Source: Candidatus Woesearchaeota archaeon (GTDB lineage: Archaea > Nanobdellota > Nanobdellia > Pacearchaeales > GW2011-AR1). Taken from it: 64,000 nt of DNA. The stretch covers positions 7,425 through 71,424 of the forward strand of contig CAZDXC010000002.1 of the NCBI GenBank assembly GCA_964509675.1. The letters run 5' to 3'. The position numbers and the translations under genes were made by a program. Positions 19,025 through 27,412 of the stretch are shown one piece after another; positions within the stretch are counted from its first letter, which is position 1; the number at the start of each line of letters is the position of its first letter. Below the pieces are notes generated by a model, which was given only the letters and a program-made list of their open reading frames with translations, was not told the origin of the DNA and made no database searches.

Positions 19025-19870
19025 TTTCAAATTAAAAAGATTAATAACAATAAATATAAGAAAACTAATAAGGAAAACAGGAGAGAAAGGAATTCCTTCT
19101 TTTATCTTTATTCTCTTATACTTCTTCTTTATTTTTCTTATGTCTTCCTTGCTAAGCCCTTCCCATCGTGCCTTTAATATCTTTTTTCCTATTTTTAAAT
19201 CGGCATAAAGCATATCTCCCCGTCTTAAATCCTTTGTTTTTATTTTTTTAACCATGCAGGATTCGTCAATTGCCTTTGAATACAAATAAAGATATGAACT
19301 AAAGAATATTAAAACTCCAAAAACAAAAAAGATTTTCTCTGCAAATCCAAGAGACAAGATAATCACACTCAAAAGCAAAAAGGCAATCATCATTTTTTTG
19401 TTTTTATGAAATTGCTTAATAAATTCTCTCTTAAAATGATGAAATTTTTTTATGCAAAGAAAAATACTTGACAAAAAAACATAAATAAATCCAACAGACA
19501 AAAAAATCAGAATAAAATCAAAGAAAAGATAAGAATTAAGAGAAAAATTAGGGAAATAAGGCAGTATTGTTCCCATAGAAATCATAAGTTTTGCATCTCC
19601 ACCGGCAAAAACCCTTCCATAATATAACAAATTTCCAACTATAAAAAAAATTCCAAGTCCGATTATTCCGTTATAAAAAAATAAAAAATTATCTCCCTGA
19701 AAAAGAGAATAAAAGAATCTAAAACCCAATGCAAAAATAATCAAAGAAAAGCTGAGCCAATTCGCAATTTCTTTTGTTTTAATATCCTGAATTACTGCAA
19801 ATATAATATAAATTAAAGCCAATAACCATAAAAAAATTACCTCATACATGAAATATATTATAAATCTCAA
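19004..19870 (-). CDS. A24-family prepilin/prearchaellin peptidase (PibD/EppA/FlaK-like)
   Basis: Polytopic membrane protein with the first Asp in AVIQDIKTKEI and the signature second motif FAGGDAKLMISMG (GGDxK), plus a Lys-rich cytoplasmic C-terminal extension. Confidence 0.65.
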   Translation of the reverse strand: MRFIIYFMYEVIFLWLLALIYIIFAVIQDIKTKEIANWLSFSLIIFALGFRFFYSLFQGDNFLFFYNGIIGLGIFFIVGNLLYYGRVFAGGDAKLMISMGTILPYFPNFSLNSYLFFDFILIFLSVGFIYVFLSSIFLCIKKFHHFKREFIKQFHKNKKMMIAFLLLSVIILSLGFAEKIFFVFGVLIFFSSYLYLYSKAIDESCMVKKIKTKDLRRGDMLYADLKIGKKILKARWEGLSKEDIRKIKKKYKRIKIKEGIPFSPVFLISFLIFIVINLFNLKLWNPLW

Positions 19871-20042
19871 TTAATAAAGTTTTAGAAGGGATTCATTTTT
19901 TCTTGAAAGATAAACTTCTTTGTCTTCCGCCTTTTTTATAAGGATGCCTCTTTTTTTCTTTTTTCTTGTCTTTTTTCTTTTTTCTTTTATCAGAAAAAAA
20001 ATATTCACCCATAGTAATTAAGAAGAAAATAAGTTTTTAAAA

Positions 20043-20423
20043 CTAACATAAATTTGGACACTCTTCTATCCCATACTTCAAATAATTTGCATCAGTGGAA
20101 AAGAATGTACAATTTCCTGTAACTTCTTTTTTACCTTCAGGCAAATCAGAAGCTTTCAAAGTTCTTTCCATATTACAAAAGCCATAAGCATCCTGTGTTG
20201 CACATGCAGCCTGGCATTGATTAACTATTGTATCAACATTGCTTGAAGAAAGCCAAGGAAGAACCTTTTGCCACCCCAAAAAAAATCCTGCCATTAACAA
20301 AATCAGAATAGCTAATCCCAAAACTATAAGAATAATCGTACTTATTTGTAATCCTTGCCCCCTACGATTTTCTGAAAGAAAGTTGCAGGGAGAAAAACTT
20401 TTGTTTTGACCCCTTTTATCCAT
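20043..20423 (-). CDS. Pilin-like protein with a Cys-rich C-terminal domain
   Basis: ..NRRGQGLQISTIILIVLGLAILILL class III-like N-terminus; eight Cys in the last 70 aa. Confidence 0.45.
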   Translation of the reverse strand: MDKRGQNKSFSPCNFLSENRRGQGLQISTIILIVLGLAILILLMAGFFLGWQKVLPWLSSSNVDTIVNQCQAACATQDAYGFCNMERTLKASDLPEGKKEVTGNCTFFSTDANYLKYGIEECPNLC

Positions 20424-20460
20424 AACTAAAATAAGTTTATTTTGTTTAAAAATGTTTTTA

Positions 20461-20757
20461 TTAGGGTTTGAATTTATATTCTGCCGAAAATAAGAGAACC
20501 TCTTTTTTCCAAAAAAGAATTCCTTTTGTTACATTTTTTTCAAAATACAATCCGTCAGGGCTCTCGCCATTAAAAATTTTTTCTTCTATCTGTGAATTCA
20601 TTTTTTCTACTACTCCGACTCCTGCAAAATAATTTCTTGTTTTTATTGTAGAAGAGAAAAAACTAAAAATAGCCAAAGCACAAACTAACAATACCCCTAT
20701 TACTAAAATTGTTATGGGAATGTCCCCTCTCTTGTTCAATCTTCTTTTATTAACCAT
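20461..20757 (-). CDS. Type IV pilin-like protein
   Basis: MVNKRRLNKRGDIPITILVIGVLLVCALAIF N-terminus (KRG-D plus hydrophobic). Confidence 0.45.
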   Translation of the reverse strand: MVNKRRLNKRGDIPITILVIGVLLVCALAIFSFFSSTIKTRNYFAGVGVVEKMNSQIEEKIFNGESPDGLYFEKNVTKGILFWKKEVLLFSAEYKFKP

Positions 20758-21019
20758 TTTCTTTCAAAAGATTATCAATAATATCTTTGTTTTCATTGTT
20801 AACTAATTTGTGGCTTAGAGAAGTCTTCATATTCAATATTTGAGATTCTTTTTCCAAATCTGTCTTTACATTTCCAACACTTATAATCTTAACTTTAGAC
20901 ATTAAAACAGAAATGTAAATAAAAATAAGCAGGATTCCAATTATAACAAGAGTTGCAACAACCCATGAAAGGGTTTCTCCAATCTGGGCTTTCTTGTTTT
21001 TATTATTATATTTTAACAT
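20750..21019 (-). CDS. Type IV pilin-like protein
   Basis: ..NKKAQIGETLSWVVATLVIIGILLIF N-terminus; overlaps neighbours by 8 and 14 nt. Confidence 0.45.
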   Translation of the reverse strand: MLKYNNKNKKAQIGETLSWVVATLVIIGILLIFIYISVLMSKVKIISVGNVKTDLEKESQILNMKTSLSHKLVNNENKDIIDNLLKENG

Positions 21020-21530
21020 TTTTTTCTGATTTTCTCACAACAGTCAAAATTTTTATTATATATTGGTTATTTTTATCATCAAGAGAATAAAAGTTTCCTT
21101 TAACACATTTGGCCAATCTTTCTTTTTCCCTGTCTCCTTGCAATGCACAACTGGACAGCCATTTGTTGTCTCCTGCATTTACACTAAAAACAGGTTCATT
21201 TAGGTCTTCAAGTTTGTAAAATTTTATTTCTGTATAATATTGTTCATCTCCCCAATCAACAGATTTAAAATTTAAATGACAAGTCTTCAAAAAATTTTCT
21301 TCATATCCCTGATTAAATTGCCCTTCAGAAATCAGATTAGCATTGATTTTTCCTGCATAAGAAATGCAATCCGCTATTTGGTTTATCAAAACATGGGCTT
21401 CTATTTCTCTTACATCATAAGGCGTTCCATAAAAAACATAAACCATCCCAAAAATTCCTCCGGCCACAACTATAAGGACAGCAAACCAATAAATCGAAAG
21501 AACCTTGTCTCCTCTTTTGTTCATAAACAT
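21006..21530 (-). CDS. Type IV pilin-like protein
   Basis: MFMNKRGDKVLSIYWFAVLIVVAGGIFGMV N-terminus. Confidence 0.45.
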   Translation of the reverse strand: MFMNKRGDKVLSIYWFAVLIVVAGGIFGMVYVFYGTPYDVREIEAHVLINQIADCISYAGKINANLISEGQFNQGYEENFLKTCHLNFKSVDWGDEQYYTEIKFYKLEDLNEPVFSVNAGDNKWLSSCALQGDREKERLAKCVKGNFYSLDDKNNQYIIKILTVVRKSEKNVKI

Positions 21531-21531
21531 C

Positions 21532-21921
21532 TTATTTATACCCGTTTACATTAATTACATAGTTTTTTTCTGGAAAAACATCAGGATAAGTTGTGACATC
21601 AACATTATTGAAAAAAGAATATTTATATCCTCCATCTTTGCTAAGCTTGACTGTGACAACATTGTCATTTATTTTCACAATCTCTTCCCTTTTCACCCCA
21701 TTTTTTTCTGCTAAATCCATTGCATCCTGCATATTCAATTTCATTTCAGTTACAGGTTTTGCAGAGTCAATCAGCAATGCTATGTTCTTTGCATAACTTT
21801 GTTCAAGCACAATTGCTCCATTTCCCTGCCTAAAAAGAAACAAGACAAGAATTGAAATGAAAACAAGATTTAAGATAATAAAAATTACATTCTCAATTAA
21901 TATAGTCCCTCTTTTAGTCAT
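21532..21921 (-). CDS. Type IV pilin-like protein
   Basis: MTKRGTILIENVIFIILNLVFISILVLF N-terminus. Confidence 0.45.
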   Translation of the reverse strand: MTKRGTILIENVIFIILNLVFISILVLFLFRQGNGAIVLEQSYAKNIALLIDSAKPVTEMKLNMQDAMDLAEKNGVKREEIVKINDNVVTVKLSKDGGYKYSFFNNVDVTTYPDVFPEKNYVINVNGYK

Positions 21922-21959
21922 AAATCCTTAAAATGGGTATTCTTAATAAAATTAACTAA

Positions 21960-22850
21960 TTAGGCTAAGGTTTTTATGTCCTTGCACTTTAATGCTTCAT
22001 AATCTTTTGAATTAGCTTCTATTATTGTCGGAGCCATATAAGAATCTCCAGACTCTCCTTTTACAAATGTTCCTGCGAAATATCCTCCAATCCCTCCTGT
22101 AGTAGCTCCAAGCGCAACTGCCATTACAGCAGGAGTTCCCAGTCCTCCTGTGAGAACTATAACACCAACAGCTGTCCCTGCGCCAACCCCAAACAAAACC
22201 CATTTTAAGGCACTAACATCACTAACAACACCCATTATTATATACTGTTGCTTATTCAGATTTATTTTTCCGAAATCTGCACTATTAATTGTCAAAGTAT
22301 TTTTTATTTGCTGTGAATTTTTCAAGCCAATTAAATAATCAAGATAACTAATTTCCTTGCCAGACACATTTGTTTCAGCAAGATAATTATAGAAATCAGC
22401 CTTGTCAATTTCATTATTGGTAAAAAAATCCAAACTGTCATCAAAAGCTATCTGTGAACAAATTGAACAATAAAGATTATTTGCAAGCAAGTCTTTTCCG
22501 ACATAATTCAGTTTCCCTTCTCCAAACATCCACCAGCAATCTGCCATTTCATTGGCAAGCGACTCATAAACTTCTCCTTTCGTTTTAACTTTTTTAATTT
22601 CAGGAGAAGTCATTTTTTCGCAACTCCCGTCTTTTGTAAAACATACATAATTCGTCTTGCAATTTAATGGAATTGACTCTTTTGGTATTACTTCTGAACT
22701 TCTTGTAACAACTGAATTATGGCATATTTCAATATCGCTTGTCCTTCCTAAATTAAGCCTGAGAATAAAAAACAAGATAACTGCAAAACTTGCTATAAGA
22801 ATAATTAACAAAACTATCTGCTGTGTTGTAATTTCTGCCTTTTTTTTCAT
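21960..22850 (-). CDS. Type IV pilin-like protein with a Gly-rich C-terminal hydrophobic segment
   Basis: MKKKAEITTQQIVLLIILIASFAVILFF N-terminus; C-terminal GVGAGTAVGVIVLTGGLGTPAVMAVALGATTGGIGG. Confidence 0.45.
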   Translation of the reverse strand: MKKKAEITTQQIVLLIILIASFAVILFFILRLNLGRTSDIEICHNSVVTRSSEVIPKESIPLNCKTNYVCFTKDGSCEKMTSPEIKKVKTKGEVYESLANEMADCWWMFGEGKLNYVGKDLLANNLYCSICSQIAFDDSLDFFTNNEIDKADFYNYLAETNVSGKEISYLDYLIGLKNSQQIKNTLTINSADFGKINLNKQQYIIMGVVSDVSALKWVLFGVGAGTAVGVIVLTGGLGTPAVMAVALGATTGGIGGYFAGTFVKGESGDSYMAPTIIEANSKDYEALKCKDIKTLA

Positions 22851-22947
22851 TATATCATCCCAAATTTTTTAAGTGCAAAATATATTCCACTGAAAGCTAA
22901 TGCAAAAAAAATAATCCATATTAAATATTTTATTATTTCATCCAGGT

Positions 22948-23454
22948 TCATTTTTTTGTTATTACTATTTCATCACCTATCTTTTTAATTAAAAGAGATG
23001 TCCCTCCTTTTTCTATTTTTATTTTGTCAAATTTTTTCAGATTTGAGACTACCGAACAGGTCCCTTTATCATCGCATTTGCCTATTTGTCTTTTTTGCCA
23101 ATTAAAAATATTAACAACAACTCCCTGACAAATACAAATGCAATTTTCTCCTGTGCATAAATTAGGCTTGATATCTTCTCTGACAAAACTAAAAACATAC
23201 CATCCCGAAGGATTTGGAATAAGTTTTCCCTGTTCATCAGGAATTCCTCCCAAGTTTACTCTCTCTATTTCTTTTGCTAGCCCGTTTGCTCCTTTCATGC
23301 TGGCTTCTGCTTCTTTTTTTCCCTGCTCCCCTGTCATTGAAAAATATAATGAAACTAAAAGAAAAACCAAAAATCCAAGGCATATTACTGCAATTAAAAT
23401 TTTCAAAACTTCTTCTGGAAGAAGGTTCCCTTTTTTATTTAGCTCTTTTTTCAT
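22948..23454 (-). CDS. Type IV pilin-like protein
   Basis: MKKELNKKGNLLPEEVLKILIAVICLGFLVFLLV N-terminus; four Cys C-terminally. Confidence 0.4.
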   Translation of the reverse strand: MKKELNKKGNLLPEEVLKILIAVICLGFLVFLLVSLYFSMTGEQGKKEAEASMKGANGLAKEIERVNLGGIPDEQGKLIPNPSGWYVFSFVREDIKPNLCTGENCICICQGVVVNIFNWQKRQIGKCDDKGTCSVVSNLKKFDKIKIEKGGTSLLIKKIGDEIVITKK

Positions 23455-23455
23455 T

Positions 23456-23620
23456 TTATATCAGCGCAATAAAAATTTTAGTTATATTTTTAGCAGAAAG
23501 TCCCTTAAAAAAATCAATAATACTGTTCCTGAAGAAGAAATAAACTCCAATAACAACAGCCGCCACAATAAAAATCCCCAAAATTATTTTTATCAGCTGT
23601 TCTATTGTAAGCTCTGCCAT
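23456..23620 (-). CDS. Small single-TM protein, pilus-locus associated
   Basis: 54-aa ORF not in the track (MAELTIEQLIKIILGIFIVAAVVIGVYFF..). Its start codon overlaps the stop of the upstream ORF within TAATG. Confidence 0.3.
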   Translation of the reverse strand: MAELTIEQLIKIILGIFIVAAVVIGVYFFFRNSIIDFFKGLSAKNITKIFIALI

Positions 23621-23775
23621 TATCTCCCTCTAAAAAGATTTTTAATTTGTTCTATAAACTCAAATCCTTTTCCCTTAAGCAGAAAGATACTAATCATAAT
23701 TATCGCAAGAATTGCAAGAGCGATTAAAAGCCAAGGCAGATATTCTGAAACTATCCCTTTTTCCCCTTTTTTCAT
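23620..23775 (-). CDS. Small pilin-like protein
   Basis: 51-aa ORF not in the track: MKKGEKGIVSEYLPWLLIALAILAIIMISIFLL. Confidence 0.3.
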   Translation of the reverse strand: MKKGEKGIVSEYLPWLLIALAILAIIMISIFLLKGKGFEFIEQIKNLFRGR

Positions 23776-23790
23776 AGTATAAAAAAGAGT

Positions 23791-25209
23791 GTGAATATTA
23801 ATAAATGTTTAGGATTTTTGAAAAAATATATCTCAATAATCTTTAAAAAATACCTGTTCTCTCTTTTTCTCATGAAAAGCTTAAAAAAGGTTCTCTCAGC
23901 CGCCTTTTTTGGGGCTTCACTTTTCTTCTCTCCAATGACATTTGCTGATAGAGAAACTGTTTTTAATGAAACTTATTCTGTTCCAATGACTTATGAATTT
24001 GGAAAAGAAATTGAAGAAAAAATAAGAATTCATGCTTCATTAGATGCAGACACAAACACAATTTATGTATCTACTTACACACAGGATTATAACAGAAGAA
24101 ATTGGATAGGAGATGAGAAACAGAAACTTCCAGCATACAAGAGACACACCAATATAAATTATATGAACTCCAGATTTTTTATTCTTCGCCCCCAAAGAGT
24201 CAAAGTTTCTGGCATAGAACAAAAAGCATTTATTGTTCCGCAATACAGGTGGATTTCAGGATTAGAATCCTATGAAGAAAAAGAAGGAACACAATTTATT
24301 GTTGAAGAAAGTCAGAGAACATTAAAAAGAATATTCTCAAAAATTCCTTTTTTAAACAAAATTTATGATAAATTCATAAAAGATGCTAAAGAAAAAGAAG
24401 AAGAATATTATGAAGCAATTTTTGATAAAATTGATGAAGATTATATAGCAATACAAGTTCCCCCTTACATCCCAAAAAACCTTATAGGATACACTGAAAC
24501 AGCAAGAGAATATATTATTCAATTTGATACAAACATGCAGGACAAAATTCCAATGTTTATCTGGCTGAAAATAGCATTGGGAGATCCCTCAAACTCTTCT
24601 TTTGGTTCTTTTCCGAATAAATACGGAGAACTAGAAAATATACTTATTAAATTTAATTTAAACGAAAATAAAATTAAAAGAGAAGAACTATACGATTATT
24701 TTTTCCATAGAGACGAATTAAAACATCTAAACATAGCTAAAAGAAATATTGAAGGAACTGGTTCAAATCCTGCAATAATTACAATAAAAAATTTAAAACT
24801 GGAAGAAAGAGAGTTATATGAAGAAGACAGGGTTCTTAGAATAGGAATGGCAGAATATATTTTTCAGGAAGGCGGAGATTCATTAGAAAAAGATTTGTCT
24901 TTTGCCATAGTGCAGTTTGAAACAAAAAGAGACAGGGAAAATTTTATTCAAAAGAAGAGAGGAGAACTCAAATATCCAACTTTTTTCAAAGAGAGCATAA
25001 TGTCTTTTATTGATAAACCAACAATAGAAAAGGTTCTTGATCCATTTGGAGAATTTAGTGAAGAACAAATGCTAATATATATGGATTTAATTCTAGATTA
25101 TACAAATAGAACAGGAATGGAAGTAATTCTGTCTGAAGATGAAGAAAAAAGCAAAACATTGCTCGAACAAATTAAGAAATACATTTTAAACTCAGAAGAG
25201 TTATACTAA
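23791..25209 (+). CDS. Secreted protein, hypothetical (pilus-locus associated)
   Basis: Likely start at MKSLKKVLSAAFFGASLFFSPMTFA (about 23875), a Sec-type signal; about 445 aa mature, with no recognisable domain. Confidence 0.4.
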   Translation: MNINKCLGFLKKYISIIFKKYLFSLFLMKSLKKVLSAAFFGASLFFSPMTFADRETVFNETYSVPMTYEFGKEIEEKIRIHASLDADTNTIYVSTYTQDYNRRNWIGDEKQKLPAYKRHTNINYMNSRFFILRPQRVKVSGIEQKAFIVPQYRWISGLESYEEKEGTQFIVEESQRTLKRIFSKIPFLNKIYDKFIKDAKEKEEEYYEAIFDKIDEDYIAIQVPPYIPKNLIGYTETAREYIIQFDTNMQDKIPMFIWLKIALGDPSNSSFGSFPNKYGELENILIKFNLNENKIKREELYDYFFHRDELKHLNIAKRNIEGTGSNPAIITIKNLKLEERELYEEDRVLRIGMAEYIFQEGGDSLEKDLSFAIVQFETKRDRENFIQKKRGELKYPTFFKESIMSFIDKPTIEKVLDPFGEFSEEQMLIYMDLILDYTNRTGMEVILSEDEEKSKTLLEQIKKYILNSEELY

Positions 25210-27393
25210 ATTCCCCAACACAATTGATGTCAGTATAAATAAAGATATTATGGCTAATAATGCAGCTACAATATACAATCTGATTCCTTTTTTTAAATTA
25301 ATCCCTGTCTTGTTTGTTTTTTCTAATTTATCATCTCCAGAATCAATTACAACAAGTGCTCCTGAAAGAATAAAAATTATTTCTATAATATAAATCCCGA
25401 CTACTATCTGTAATATATAAGGAGGAATCATTTTCGTAACATCAAAAATACTTAATATTGCATTTAAATTTCCAACCCCGGCAATTGTTTCTCCGCCCAC
25501 TGCACTTGCTATATTCAATTTATTCAAGATGCTTGTTATCATTGCAGCCAATCCAATTACAACTCCTGAAAGCAATGGAGCAAGAAATGTCATATTACTT
25601 TTCATGTCAGAAATTATTTCCGCAAGCATGTCTCTGAGCCTGTTTGTTATTTTTCCTATATTCTTAACATACTCTGAAATGCTTATCAAACTCAATGCCG
25701 CAATTCTCAGGCCTTTTTTTGCAGATTCAACAAGAATTTTCATGCTTGTTGAAATCAAATCAGAAGGATAATATCTTAAAGCTCCCCTATTTTTATCGAA
25801 TATTGCGCTTTCAACAGACATCCCCATTTGTATTATGTTATAATTTACTCTTCTGAAAAAATCCTCTGTTTTCAGTCCTTTTGTTGATTCTGCTACCTTT
25901 CCAAATGCCAATTCAGGAGGAACTCCGTTGCCGATTCTATTCCCCAATTGAAATAAAGAATTATTAAACTCAACTTCAAGCTGTTTGGTTTTTTCTCTTT
26001 CCTTAATCAATCCTTTTGTTCTCTCTTTAAATGAAATTGAAAAAAACAAGGCAACTCCAAGAGTAAAAAATACTCCCATTATTAATGCTCCAACCCCAAA
26101 AGGCCCCCCTACTTTTCCTCCGACATTAGTAAATCCAAAAACAAGTTCATCTCCAAAAAAACTGATTCCCAATTCAGAAAATGTATAATCTGATTTCAAT
26201 CCAAAAAATGAGGGAATTGCTGTATATTGAAAGATCAGAGGAAGGAGTCCGATGATAAAAAAAGGAAGACATATGAAAAAAGCCTTCCAGTAAGGTTTTT
26301 TGCTTTTATAAGAAGAATAAAGAGGATTTCTCTCTAATAACTCTGTTTCTCCATAACCGCCTGGGCGTAAAAATAAAATTTTGTCTGTGAGATAAAAAAC
26401 AAAAAAAGGAATTATTAAATTAAAAAGAACAAAGACATGATACCATTTCAAAAAATCTCCGACCATTGCAGAAGCAAGAGGAAGCAAAGCCAAGCCAAGA
26501 GTAGGCAATACCACTCCAAGCATGTAAACATTAGTTAAAGGGCTTCTGACTTCATGAGTAAATTTAAGCATCTTGTCATAAACACCATCCAAAACAACCT
26601 GCAGGGATTTTTCCAGGGTTGTAATTCTCTTATTTTCATCAGATTCAAACAAACTGCTTTCTATCAAATGAAAAGCTTCAATAAACTCTACAGAATAATC
26701 TCTCCAGTTTTCAAGATAGTTATCCAAACTTTCTTTTATAGTAGAAAATTTTCCAACTTCCACATTATAAAATACTTTTTTTAAGTCAAGTGCAAGAGGA
26801 TACTGCAAATGCTGAGAAGCAAATGCAATGGCTTTTTCCAGATTGGGTGTGTGTCTCATATAAACAACGATGTACAAGATAGCAGGAACCATTTGTGAAC
26901 TTGCCTTTAATCTCCATTTATTTGCCAGCCTCTTGGGGTAACCATTAACAAAATAAAAAAGAAACATTGCAAAAATCATTACCAAAAAGAAAAAGGAAAA
27001 AGGAAAATCTGCAAATCCTCCCTTAAAAAGCGCTATTGCAACTGAAATTAAAAGCCCCAGAATAAAAACACTGACAAAAGCCATTACACTAAGAGTAATC
27101 GTTTGCCATGGTTCCAAATCCAGATGGGCAATTTCCAGAAATCTTCTTATTTTATCTTCATCTTTTTTAGAAACTTTTAGTTTTATTATGTTTCCAAGAC
27201 TGTGACACCATTTTTCATATCTCGATAATTCCGGAGACATTTCTTCTTTGAATTTTGTATAACTTTGGCTAAAATTAACATTTTCAGTTGCATTAGTTTT
27301 CATGCTTTTTTCAATTCTGGCTGCATGTTTCCTGAGAATATCTTCGACGCTAGGTTTGTCAGGCATTTTTCCTCTTTTATAATTAGCAAACAA
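25201..27393 (-). CDS. Type IV pilus/archaellum assembly platform protein, FlaJ/TadC/PilC-like polytopic membrane protein
   Basis: 730 aa with about 9 TM helices and two soluble domains, immediately next to the secretion ATPase. Confidence 0.5.
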   Translation of the reverse strand: MFANYKRGKMPDKPSVEDILRKHAARIEKSMKTNATENVNFSQSYTKFKEEMSPELSRYEKWCHSLGNIIKLKVSKKDEDKIRRFLEIAHLDLEPWQTITLSVMAFVSVFILGLLISVAIALFKGGFADFPFSFFFLVMIFAMFLFYFVNGYPKRLANKWRLKASSQMVPAILYIVVYMRHTPNLEKAIAFASQHLQYPLALDLKKVFYNVEVGKFSTIKESLDNYLENWRDYSVEFIEAFHLIESSLFESDENKRITTLEKSLQVVLDGVYDKMLKFTHEVRSPLTNVYMLGVVLPTLGLALLPLASAMVGDFLKWYHVFVLFNLIIPFFVFYLTDKILFLRPGGYGETELLERNPLYSSYKSKKPYWKAFFICLPFFIIGLLPLIFQYTAIPSFFGLKSDYTFSELGISFFGDELVFGFTNVGGKVGGPFGVGALIMGVFFTLGVALFFSISFKERTKGLIKEREKTKQLEVEFNNSLFQLGNRIGNGVPPELAFGKVAESTKGLKTEDFFRRVNYNIIQMGMSVESAIFDKNRGALRYYPSDLISTSMKILVESAKKGLRIAALSLISISEYVKNIGKITNRLRDMLAEIISDMKSNMTFLAPLLSGVVIGLAAMITSILNKLNIASAVGGETIAGVGNLNAILSIFDVTKMIPPYILQIVVGIYIIEIIFILSGALVVIDSGDDKLEKTNKTGINLKKGIRLYIVAALLAIISLFILTSIVLGNLV

Positions 27394-27412
27394 TAACAGA
27401 ATTAATAAATGT

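Noticed and set aside
23138-23782. 214-aa plus-strand ORF across the pilin array
   Set aside because: Antisense to several pilin-like genes with consistent N-terminal signal features; the translation is low-complexity (S/F/L/P-rich)
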